From assembly GCA_964188305.1 (NCBI GenBank), contig OZ076893.1: DNA of 64,000 nucleotides; one strand, written 5' to 3'. Shown piece after piece: positions 1-10,700 of this stretch. Under the pieces are notes generated by a model. The model searched no databases. It was not told the DNA's origin and was given only the letters and a program-made list of their open reading frames with translations. This DNA is from Podarcis bocagei. Its lineage: Eukaryota. The translations under genes and the position numbers were made by a program. Within the stretch, counting starts at the first letter, position 1. Every line of letters starts with the position of its first letter.

Positions 1-679
1 AGCACAATGTGGGCAGCTGCACATGGGAGCATAATAGCAAGGCACAACATACACCTTTCCACTGCTAATCTGGAAGATTGGTGGGACCAACTTTTCCCAT
101 ACTAGCCCATTAAGGTTCTCATCTGAGAGTCTTCTCTGTATGCCCCCACCTTCTGAGGTGGCAACAGCAGGAGATAGGACTTTTTATTGTTTGTGTCTGG
201 TCTTTTGACCAGTATCCCTAGGATAGTGTTATGGCTCTGGGCCAGAGGGCATTGGAGGCAGAATCCTCAAGCGGTCATAGCTCTGAAGGCAGCCCTGTTT
301 AGGGAAGTTTTTAATGTTTGATGTATTTATTGTGTTTTTAATATTCTATTGGGAGCCGCCCAGAGTGGCTGGAGAAACCCAGCCAGATGGGCAGGGTATA
401 AATTGGGACAAGATGTGGTACCTTCTCTAAAAGTCTATGATTCTATGATTTACCGTTAACTAATAAATTAAAGGTGTCATTCCCTTTCCAAGTGCTAAGA
501 GTGAGAATGCAGTTTCAGGATTTTTGTCCAAAATATAATCTGACCTACTTTTCAATATTTCTCTCCCAATGTGCCTCCATCCTCCTTTTTTTTTAATTTA
601 GTTTAGCTAAGGTGTTATTTTATTGGGGTCAGGCTTCATTTGAAGTTCTGGTACTATACAGAGGATTCCAAGAGTGACA

Positions 680-680
<1 letters not shown>

Positions 681-710
<30 letters not shown>

Positions 711-770
711 CTTCTTCTTCTTCTTCTTCTTCTTCTTCTTCTCCTCCTCCTCCTCCTCCTCCTCCTCCTC
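681..770. repeat. Compound microsatellite (CTT)n(CCT)n
   Basis: Read directly from the sequence. Confidence 0.97.
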
Positions 771-1700
771 TGAGGAGCAGATGGATCCTACCCAAATAGC
801 TCTACCAGATTCCCCACTGAATGCCAAACATTTGACATCAGAATCCTTGGAGGACTGGGAAAGTTCTGAGGAACATTCCCCAAATGATGCCCCAAAACTC
901 AAAACTCAGTTGCCCAGAAGAGGCCAGCAACTGTATAAAAAGGCACCAGATGCATCACTCAAAGGGCAAAGCTTTAGTATTGACCCTTTAGATCAGATTA
1001 ATAAATTGCTCCATGCTGAGGCAGCTTGTTCCTTCTGTCTCAGCTACAGTATTGCTGCCTGTGGTATTGAAATGCAGCTACTCAGCTCTGAGCCAGAACT
1101 TCTGACCCCTGCCAAGGCCCTGAACTTGCCACAACAGTGCATCAGCCCTGGAACACGAAGCCTACCTTTCTCCACCTCACCTGGGCCATAGCCTCCTCTC
1201 TATCACAGAGATCATGATGGATTAGGGAAGGATATTTTCCTGGTGCCTATAGTGATGTAATTTAGGAACCTTTCAAAATTGTCTTGGGTCCTTTTAAAAC
1301 CCTTAAACCCAACGGTAGCACTGTGTGTTTTATTCCACCTTGTTCTTTGAATTTTAAGTGCTGTGTGGCTGAATTAATATACTGTCATTTCACTTGTGCT
1401 AAATTGTATTTTAGATACCTAATTTTAATGGGTAATGCCCTGGGAACACTTTTTTTTTTACAATTAATTTTATGCATTGTAAGTATTTTAGCACCACCCT
1501 TCAATAATATTCCCAGGTGGGCTTATAAAAAGAATAAAACAATTAAAATATAAATACCAAAACAAAACAAAATGAATAATTATAAGCAAAAAGTTACAAA
1601 GTAATAGAAGCAGTATGAAACTGTGAGCTGGGTGAAATTGCTTCTAAAGCATCGAGAAAATATAAAAGCGAAGAAATCCAAAGAAGTTATTCTACTTGTA

Positions 1701-1930
1701 TACAGTGGTACCTCAGGTTACAGACACTTCAGGTTACAGACTCTGCTAACCCAGAAATAGTACCTCGGGTTAAGAACTTTGCTTCAGGATGAGAACAGAA
1801 ATTGTGCGGCTGTGGTGCGGCAGCAGCGGAAGGCCCCCAAAGCTAAAGTGGTACCTCAGGTTAAGAACTGTTTCAGGTTAAGAACAGACTCCCAAAACGA
1901 ATTAAGTTCTTAACCCGAGGTACCACTGTA
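1701..1930. mobile_element. Tc1/mariner-type MITE (same family, 3'-truncated, at 21080-21318)
   Basis: TIR CAGTGGTACCTC/GAGGTACCACTG with TA on both sides. Confidence 0.85.
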
Positions 1931-3916
1931 ATGGTTTTTGAGCTACTAATACAAGAGGTCAGTCAGATGATTTTCAGCCTGCCTGCTATAATTCTCTGCA
2001 CCATCTAAATATCTCTTTACAGTTTTGTTGGAGCCTCCAGAACAGCATGGGGAAAAGTGGTGGGGGTGAAAATCAAAGAAAATCACGTCACCCTCCCTTT
2101 TTTTACATAAGCAGATACCTCCACTAGAGGAGCAGCTATTTTATGAGCAGAACGGAATGCTGGATTTCACTCTTTCCCTGGAGCTGAAAGAGCAGTGTCA
2201 GATGAACCAGTTCACAAGTGGGGTGCCACCACTAAGAAGACCCTCTCTTTGAAGAGAAGACCCTCTCCTATAAACTATGGGGTTTGAAGGTGTAGGGTGT
2301 TAATTTAGAACATCTGCTTTGAAATCAAATATAAAATAAGCAAAATGATTGTTTATATAGAAACTGCTTGCTCAGCATTCTGCCGGTGGAGCTCAACACA
2401 TGATGGACTCCTAGGCAGAATGGTCTTAAGTAGTGGGAGGTTAGAATGACTTTCTCATTAGGGCTGCTGATTAGGAGGAAAAAACAACCCAGAAAGCAGG
2501 ACCTTACATGAGTTCTTCTTACTTTTAAAAGAGTTAATTGTACTATGCTAGTAGCTACAGACCTCAAAGAAATAAGGCCTCTCATCAAATGCTGCTTTAA
2601 ATAACAAGGTCTCCCACACCTTCATTTATTCAGCAGTCTCGACTAGTATAGCCCTGGGTGACCCTCAATTTCAACTTTTTTGGGGTGGGTGGGAGGAAGA
2701 AACTAGATTTCAGAGGTGCAAATATCCCCCCACCACCACCACTGAGAATCAGAGCAGATGCATTGAAACTAATGGGCAGGATTAATTTAGGTCCATTAAT
2801 TCTGGTCTACTTTGAGCAGAACTTAGTTGGAGATCATCCAGGCTATGCACCCAACCCCAGATTGTTCTTTTTCCTGGACTAGTCACATGGGTCATCCCAC
2901 CCAATTAAAAGAATGCAGTGAATAAGTAGGATGGCATCACAGTCCCAACCATATAGGGGTTATGTGATGATGTGTCTCTGAACACAAGTAGGAACAGAGC
3001 AAATATTTCCACCAGGAGTGCTGAAATGTTCTTTTTTCCCTTCCAAGTAGATAAATAAAGGAGAAGACATTTTTGTGGGCTTGGAAAAATCTTTGTGACA
3101 CATTTGTCAAACACAAGTTGAGCACAGCTCGAATCTTGATATCAGCTTGTTGTTTATGACATCTCTCTTCCAGCCAAGACTGCGATTCATATTTCTTTTT
3201 ATTGATCAAGAATAGTCTCATTTATTAAGCTGTGTTGTGAGGTAGCCATCGGATACCTCTGTATCCTCTGAGCCTGCTAAATTGCCAAAGCACCTATAGA
3301 TGGCAGCATTTCACAAAGAACTCTCTCCCTCCACCTCCCCCCTCCACCCAACCTCCAAAGAGAAAACAGTTCTGTAATCTGTTGACAGGATTAAGAATTC
3401 CTGTTGTTTTACAGGAAGTAAATAAATCCTCATGGTCTTTTGGAAACCTCATAAGTATATGAGAATGGTTAAAAATTGTTTATACTATGGTAAAAGTATC
3501 AAATGGATATTTACAGCATTTAAACCATTACCTCAGATTGATGTGGATTGGTCTGAAAGGGCAGACTGTTTGCATTATCCCGTTTAGCAACATCTGTCAA
3601 ACTCTTGTGTGATGGGTATAATCGTCAGGGGTTTGGGCTTTTCAGTTTGCATGGGGTCTATTTCGCTCATAAGGAGTAAGCCGGAGGAGGTTATTGTCTT
3701 TGGCCTTAAATGCAGCGTGCAGATTCTGGAGAATAAAAGAGAAGCAATGTATTGTCTTTAAATACATTAAATGGTGGCAACTGTGGTGTTTCTTGAGTGC
3801 ACACAGAGTGCCTTCCTTTGCTAAGATGAGTTAACAGCTGTTCCCTCACATCTAGGAATAGGGAGCAAGGCTTTCTCATCAGAGGACTGGATCCAAGCAC
3901 CTTTCATTTTAAGAAT

Positions 3917-4071
3917 TACCGTATTTTTCCATGTTTAAGACTATATTTTTTCCTAAAATAAGAGGTCGTCTTATACACAGATAGCGCATAGTGCATTTTC
4001 TTAATTTTGAGTCCCCAAAAATAGCGGGCGTCTTATACACAGGGGCATCTTATACATGAAAAAATACGGTA
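3917..4071. mobile_element. pogo/Tigger-like MITE (related copy at 59036-59293 with a long internal palindrome)
   Basis: TIR TACCGTATTTTT/AAAAATACGGTA. Confidence 0.75.
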
Positions 4072-4987
4072 AGCAGTGTTCACAGGCTTTTGAGTCACAT
4101 GGAATTCCTCATTGGGAGGAATGGTAAGGCGGAAATTCTCATCAATGAGAGGCAAGTGTCCCAGTAACAAACATGTCACCATTTTTAAAAATGCATATTA
4201 CAATGTAGTAAGACCTGAAAACAAAGGGTTTACTGTAAATTCAATTTAATGCATAAAATTCAGTATCCTATACCTCTCCTTTAAAAAAGAGAGCGATCCC
4301 CATTGCGCCCTTAATACCCACAGTGCTGCAGGGATAGAAGCAGAAATAGGTGAGACAAAGAATTGTACCTTCTCTGCATCTCTTCAAGCTCTCTGGTTCC
4401 CAGTTTGTGCATTTCTTCCTCTGTCCTCTCTTCTTCCTACCTGCTGTTTCCTCAAGATGATGTACATCACCAGCAATGGCTGGGACTACTCGGGAAGGAT
4501 GCAGTTACTCCCAACAACAGGTACAGCCAGAGCCAAGAACAGCCAGACCCAATTAATTCTACTTTTGCTACCATATTCCTCCCGGCTGAGTTCTACAAGG
4601 ACCACACTGAGACAAAGGAGGAGTTGGTGGTACAGTGTCCCATTCACTCTCAACAGACCAACTTCTGCCATATATCGGTCAGCTGCTTGCTCTGCCCCAT
4701 TGCCTTGGCCATCTTGTCTCTGGGCTCACTGCTTCTTAAAATTCTTCTTAAAATTTCCTATCTTCTGCGGCCCTCTCTGATTGGGATTCACCTAACCAGC
4801 CCTGTCAGTGGAAGTCCCATGCAAGGACTTGATGGGGGGGGGGGAGTCAGGAGAACCCCCCAGAACACAGGAGCAGGAGAAGAGGAGATTTTGTTTTATC
4901 TTGCAAGCTGGAATGCTTGTGCAGACAGAATGATTGGGAGAATGCAACGTTGAATCCCATCCTATATGACTGAGGACTCAGCTATAT

Positions 4988-5232
4988 TACAGTGGAACCT
5001 TGGTTCTCGAACACCTTGGTACTTGAACATTTTGGCTCCCAAATGCCAAAAACCTGGAAGTGTGGGTTCCAGTTTTCAAATGTTTTTTGGAAGCCAAACG
5101 CCCGATGCAGTTGTCGGCTATTGTTTCCAGGGCACCTGCGCCAATTGGAAGTCGCGCCTTGGTTTTTGAACGTTTCAGAAGTCGAATGGAATTCTGGAAT
5201 GGATTATGTTCGAGAACCAAGGTACCACTGTA
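4988..5232. mobile_element. Tc1/mariner-type MITE
   Basis: TIR CAGTGGAACCTTGGTTCTCGAAC/GTTCGAGAACCAAGGTACCACTG, TA flanks. Confidence 0.85.
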
Positions 5233-6185
5233 CTCCAAAAACAGAGCTTTGAATGCGTTATAAACATGCAACTCCAGACGGTGCTAGAGAACAAAAAATA
5301 ATTCTTTGCAATTTTACAGAGTGTTTTTCTTCTTTTGTTATAATGAATTAATTTCTGACTTATTTATAGCGTGTTTTTCCTCTGTGTAGATCCACCCCAA
5401 CTGTCCTGCTTCACAGAAGATGGATGGTGAACCCTCTGAGCATCACAGCAGCCCAGCCAATGAATATCCGAACCCTTAAATATAGATGGAGTGATGTATG
5501 AATATAAGGACCTTGCTGCTGGAACCAGTGTCCTTTCATATTAAACTGAAGTGGATGCTGAGCATATTTACTCAGAAATAAGTTGACTCCTGAAGAATCA
5601 TGGTTGGCCCCTACCCCAGGTAGGCTTCTGCAGCAGCAGGACTCAAGAATCCACCTTTGCATTAGATCCATGCAACAGGACTTCACATCTTATGTTTTCC
5701 CCATGTTATGGAGGATAATCCCTGAAAACAGCACCAGCCCAGGACATTTTGGCACCTCACACGAACCACAAAATATCTGCCTTTCTCCCTCCCTCCCAGG
5801 GAAGAAGGGAGGAAGTGAAGATTGACATCTGGAATGAAGGGAGAATAAAGATCTACGTCAAGATCTGCTGCCCCTGTGGATCCTGCTGCCTAAGGCTGCA
5901 GCCTCACCTTGCTACATCAGTGAGCCAGTCCCGCCTGAAAAATATATAAAGGGTGCTCACATCAGCAAAACCTTGGGGAGGTGACATATGGGAACAGGAT
6001 CACCCTTGCAGAGATTTTCAAAGTATCTGGATTATTTGGCAAAGTTTAAAAAAAGACTCCAAGCTCACACAATCTTCCTGTTGTGCTGTGCATTTTGCTT
6101 TCAATATTTTGCTCCATGAACAATTAAACAAGTTCAAAACACCAAAACACTATTAATATGGCTGAAGCTGTATTTATGGCATTTA

Positions 6186-6222
<37 letters not shown>

Positions 6223-7860
6223 GAGCCTTGCTCAGTGTGATTAGAAAAGTAAGCAAAGGCATCTTGCCTAATTTTTTCTCTCAGTGGGAGAGCAGAAGGC
6301 GTCCATTGGAATGCTTTTCCTAGCGGGTGGAATAACTAATATTCTTACATACAAATTTCCCCCTCAGTTATTCCACATTTGAAAGACTATTATGATTAGG
6401 TAGCCTGAGAACCTATTTAATTTTCCAGTAGTAGCTCTTTTTAAGTCTGGCACTCATTCCCCTCTCCCCCGCACAAAGTAACTTTTACAGTTTTTAAGAG
6501 GCATAAACTCCTGGGAATTAATTTAGTTGTGCTTTCTGTATCAGAGATCTTGTTCTGCAACCTGTAAAAATTATGCTTCATTTACTCAGAAGAAAGTCCT
6601 GCTGTGTTGAATGAAGCTTGTTCCCAGCTTGTGTGTACAGAACCCATAGCCTTATTTATGTACTGCTAGTCACTATGAGGCAATAAGCTCCGCACTGAAA
6701 AGTCACACCCTGACCACCAGAAATTCCTTCCTCCACCTCAGTTTTTTGATTTGATGACGTACATCCTTAGCCATATGGACTAGATACTTAGTTATAATGG
6801 AATATCTTATGGAGTACCAGTTGTGCAATCATAGGGCTGCCAAACGTCCGGGAATTGGGCAGGAAAATGGTGTCTGTGCAGATTTTCGGCAAATTGGCAA
6901 AATGTCCAGGGAAACCCAGCAAGGGGTGTGTGTTGATATATTTATTATTTTTTAAAAAACAACAACACACACGATCATTTAAAAATTCAAAAAAAGGCCA
7001 GAAACTTAGATTGGCTATGAACCAGTGTATAAATATTAAAAAAATTATGGACTATATCATCTAAACAGGGACACTAGTGCAATGGCTCTCCTTTTCCCAT
7101 GCAACTTCTTTGAACTCCTAAATCTGTTCTGGGGTCTCCCCCAGCACCCCAGAGCAGATTTAGAGGGCACAGTGGCATAACCGTCAACATTACCCAGACA
7201 AAAATCAGGATCTGAGAGCACGGCACTAAAATACATGTGTCTTTTGGTTCTGTACTCTCTCGCAAGCCTGCGGACCCGCACGACACCAAAATACGTGCAT
7301 CTTTGGTTGCTGCGCTCTTACCCAAGTCAGTGGCACCACTGCAAATGCCAGCACCAGCTGCAAGCGCTGGCTCATCCCTGCAATATTGCAGGCTCAAACC
7401 AGAAGCCGATATAGCTTCTGTAATTCCAGGAATGTCCCATTGAAATAGGGACTGTTGGAGTGTGTACTGGGGGAGAAGAGGGTAGCAAAGTTACACTGTG
7501 GAGCTAAATATTGTTGTGCTGGCATGACTGTTAGAGCTGAATAACACCTCAAAAAATTGAGAAACATTACAGCAGGGTTTCTGAGCTGGCACAGAATGGA
7601 TGTACAACCACACTATTTTCCTCTGCTAGGAAGAAAGCACCAGCAGTGGTGATATGTGTGGTGTGGACACCACTTTGACTCCTCTCCAAGGCAAGCATAA
7701 GCAGACCTGGAAAGTCCAGTGGAACTGCTTGGAAGATGCCATCACTGAAGATGCCTGTGTACAAGCTCGACGGTAACTATAGGAATGAGGCTACGCGACG
7801 AGATCATAAATCTCAGAGGTTGGGGACCTGAGCACATGTTGACCAAGTCCACAGAATGCA

Positions 7861-8277
7861 TTGCGTGTTGAGTCACAGTAGCCCCCCAATAATTCACACT
7901 TCACACATCAATTTTGTTTAAGGTTTTTTGGCATAATTTTGGCCACAACTTTATTCAAATACAAAAAATGTGAGTGGTTGCTTAGGCACTGGTTATGACT
8001 AACTGTCCTTGCCCTCAGGGACAGAGCTGGCCTTCCGGACACCGGCGGAAGCCAGCGTGGGAAACAAGTATTGGGTGAGAAATAAAGCCGGGAACCAGAC
8101 CATTATTTCTCACCCTCATGTTCCGGTGGGGCTTGCACGGCCCAAGTCCGACTCCGGGGACAAGGACGAAAGAATGGCAAGCCCCTGGATTTCCTTTAAC
8201 GGAATTCCCATTCACATCATTTGGAGGGGTAGGCACTTACCCCTCCAAGCACCAATTTAACCAGTGCCTAACCGCCA
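7861..8277 (-). repeat. Ngaro repeat B2 (3' terminal)
   Basis: Copy of B1. AATAAA on the minus strand at 7950-7955, with a GT-rich tract downstream. Confidence 0.93.
7950..7955 (-). terminator. Polyadenylation signal in repeat B2
   Basis: AATAAAGTTGTRGCC is conserved in all four families: 7950-7955 and 8757-8762 (minus), 19600-19605, 43094-43099 and 61579-61584. Confidence 0.7.
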
Positions 8278-8305
8278 ACCTTACAAGTTGTGACGATTTG
8301 CTACG

Positions 8306-8362
8306 TAGTAGGCAAAAATCAACTGGCACCAGCCAATCAGCCAGATGGCAAAATTCCTACTA
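8306..8362 (-). promoter_or_regulatory. ENE-like RNA element (U-rich internal loop flanked by helices) in the A2-B2 spacer
   Basis: The minus strand reads UAGUAGG-AAUUUU-[upper stem-loop]-UUUUU-G-CCUACUA. The same pattern occurs at 19165-19221 and 61183-61232. Confidence 0.6.
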
Positions 8363-8456
8363 GGCCCCCGCACCAAGGCGGACGACCCCATGACAGGCAA
8401 TAGCAAGGTCAAGCGAACAAAACAAAAAACCACCCTATAAAAGGGCGGGAGGGCGG

Positions 8457-8671
8457 GTGATCCGAGGAAAAACGGCCAAGAGGCCGTGCCAAAGTCTGGC
8501 CCCTGTATATATAGACTCTGACCCCTCCTCCGAAATGGTAACACTCAAAACACCCAGCAACCCAATTTAACCATTTAAGTGGCCAAGATTCAGCTAAATT
8601 TGCCTAGTCACAGGAGGGTGGCCTGTTCCCAACCGCAACACGTGCTCTCTGCTAGGGAGAACACGCTTTGC
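8457..8671 (-). repeat. Ngaro repeat A2 (internal copy, abutting B1)
   Basis: Copy of A1. It shares TTGC (8668-8671) with B1 at the junction. Confidence 0.93.
8506..8513 (-). promoter_or_regulatory. Candidate TATA box in repeat A2 (same motif in A1 at 15484-15491)
   Basis: TATATATA lies ~30 nt upstream of a pyrimidine-rich tract near the 3' end of A. TATTTAA sits at the equivalent position (19024-19030) in the solo unit. Confidence 0.55.
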
Positions 8672-9084
8672 GTGTTGAGTCACAGTAGCCCCCCAATAAT
8701 TCACACTTCACACATCAATTTTGTTTAAGGTTTTTTGGCATAATTTTGGCCACAACTTTATTCAAATACAAAAAATGTGAGTGGTTGCTTAGGCACTGGT
8801 TATGACTAACTGTCCTTGCCCTCAGGGACAGAGCTGGCCTTCCGGACACCGGCGGAAGCCAGCGTGGGAAACAAGTATTGGGTGAGAAATAAAGCCGGGA
8901 ACCAGACCATTATTTCTCACCCTCATGTTCCGGTGGGGCTTGCACGGCCCAAGTCCGACTCCGGGGACAAGGACGAAAGAATGGCAAGCCCCTGGATTTC
9001 CTTTAACGGAATTCCCATTCGCATCATTTGGAGGGGTAGGCACTTACCCCTCCAAGCACCAATTTAACCAGTGCCTAACCGCCA
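8668..9084 (-). repeat. Ngaro repeat B1
   Basis: Matches 7861-8277 at offset 807 with one mismatch (9021 vs 8214). AATAAA on the minus strand at 8757-8762. Confidence 0.93.
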
Positions 9085-9112
9085 TAGAGCCCTCAGCTCA
9101 CCGCCAAACCAC

Positions 9113-9706
9113 TCACAGCCCCAGCCAAGCCCTCAGCTTGGCCACCACCGCACCTAACCAAGCCTCATTCCCAGAAGCAGAAAGGTGCACACCATCAGCT
9201 CTAAAGAGAGCTGCCGCAGGATAGGAGATTTCATGGTGAAAAATCACCTCCCCACCCAGCTCCACAATCCTTTTAGAAACGGCCGCATTGATGCGCTTCC
9301 TGGCCCTTTCCGTGGCCACCGGGCAACGACTTCCCAACCAAACACGTCGTTGCAAAAGCTTAGACCAAAATAACTTGGCTGTGGGCACCATTTCCCGCAG
9401 TGTCTCCAGGTCAGCCAAAATTGCAGCACGTAAAGAGAAGCAGTCCATGGCAACCAGGTCATTCTCCCCCAGCTGTACCACAATAGCCGCTGGCGGCCCT
9501 TCCAGGAGCAACTGCCTTCGAATTCGTGGCAAAAACTCCGACCACCGCATTCCTCGTCTAGACAGCCAGGACACTCGAACATGTGAAGGAAGGCCGAGAC
9601 CTGGACCCAATCCGGACTGCCGTGCTGCGACACCAGCCCAATGGATGATGCTGTGCCCCACCATCCAGATGCGTACAGCTGACAAACCTGGGATAAAATA
9701 AACCAC
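9113..9706 (-). CDS. SGNH/GDSL-family hydrolase (esterase-like) ORF of the Ngaro element
   Basis: Block I IWMVGHS, block II RGMRW, block III VQLGEND and block V DGVHLS are all present in an intact 197-aa frame. Confidence 0.88.
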   Translation of the reverse strand: MVYFIPGLSAVRIWMVGHSIIHWAGVAARQSGLGPGLGLPSHVRVSWLSRRGMRWSEFLPRIRRQLLLEGPPAAIVVQLGENDLVAMDCFSLRAAILADLETLREMVPTAKLFWSKLLQRRVWLGSRCPVATERARKRINAAVSKRIVELGGEVIFHHEISYPAAALFRADGVHLSASGNEAWLGAVVAKLRAWLGL

Positions 9707-9729
9707 AAAAGGTATCAGACACTAACTGG

Positions 9730-10700
9730 TTAGCGAACATATCCCCTGAACGCATTCGACTTCCAGCGACCTAAATCCTGAATTCTAGCAGCTGACAAAC
9801 CCCAATGAGCTGCGGTCGTGGCAGCCCCTATCCTGAAGGAATGGGGGGCAAAATCAGAAGCTACTCCGCCACAGGCCCGAATAGCCTTACGCATCACCCC
9901 TGCGAACTGGTGCCTTGTAAGGGGTGACCCATTCTCGTGTAGAAGCAGCGGCCCATCCCCCTGGGCCCGCACCACTAGATACTTGTTAACATCCTTTACT
10001 GGGCAAGGGCCTGTCGCCCCAGTGGCAGGGAGCCGAATGAGGGCCCCCTTACCCCCTTGATCCGTTTTTGAATGCCTAATCATAATACCCACTTCCGCAG
10101 GGGATAGTCGCACATCCTGGAGTAGAAGGCCCCTGGAGCGACCATCTCCGTGGTCCTCCACCACTAATTCACCCACTCTCAACGCTCCAAAAAAGGCGAT
10201 TGAGAAGGCAGCTGAAAACAGGCGGGCCTCGTAATCAGACCAACACACCACCCGCAGCTTTTTGCGCATCTTGCTCAACAATTCAAAAGAGATGGGGCGA
10301 CGGTTAGGTGGCCGAGCAGGACAAAGTCGACCCCAACCCTCAAGGGCTTTGCGAACCACAAACTTCGCACAAGGATCTTTGTCAAAATATGTCTTACAGA
10401 AAAATGCTATAGCAGCTGCCTGCATCCTAAGAGTCTTGGCCGCACGCCCCATCTCAAATAAATGGGCCAAATATTGTAGCACCTGCGAGGAGGTGGGTGG
10501 GGCCCCAACTATTCCCCTAGCTGACTGGCGCAGAAATGCCAGAAAATCAGCCCAAGCTTTTCCGTAGGATCTCAGGGTAGAAGGGGAAACCGATGCCGCT
10601 ACTCCCTGAAAAACTAATTGCTGCCAAGGTTCCAGAGATGATCCGGGAAATATTCCGGACGAATCCGCGCCTCTGGAACCAGAAGTCTGAACCGCTCCAT
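9730..10700 (-). CDS. Tyrosine recombinase (YR); the frame is open upstream of the listed GTG start at 10482, to about 10720
   Basis: Catalytic set R (FFGALRVGEL), K (HSKTDQ), HxxR (HSFRIGAAT), W (LGRWKS) and Y (FRGYVR). The upstream in-frame segment VSPSTLRSYGKAWADFLAF resembles the N-terminal domain of DIRS/Ngaro YRs. Confidence 0.93.

Noticed and set aside
607-1191. ORFs with poly-F/S/E/K runs
   Set aside because: Produced by the (CTT)n(CCT)n microsatellite.
4363-4953. 196-aa ORF
   Set aside because: No recognisable domain or exon structure; possibly a decayed repeat.
8009-9067. Duplicated 83-aa and 73-aa ORFs
   Set aside because: Chance frames in the duplicated B repeat with non-ATG or antisense starts; not conserved in the other Ngaro families.
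7861-9084. Near-identical repeats as an assembly artefact
   Set aside because: The A/B arrangement matches known Ngaro structure, each pair has a distinguishing mismatch, and independent solo units reproduce the unit.
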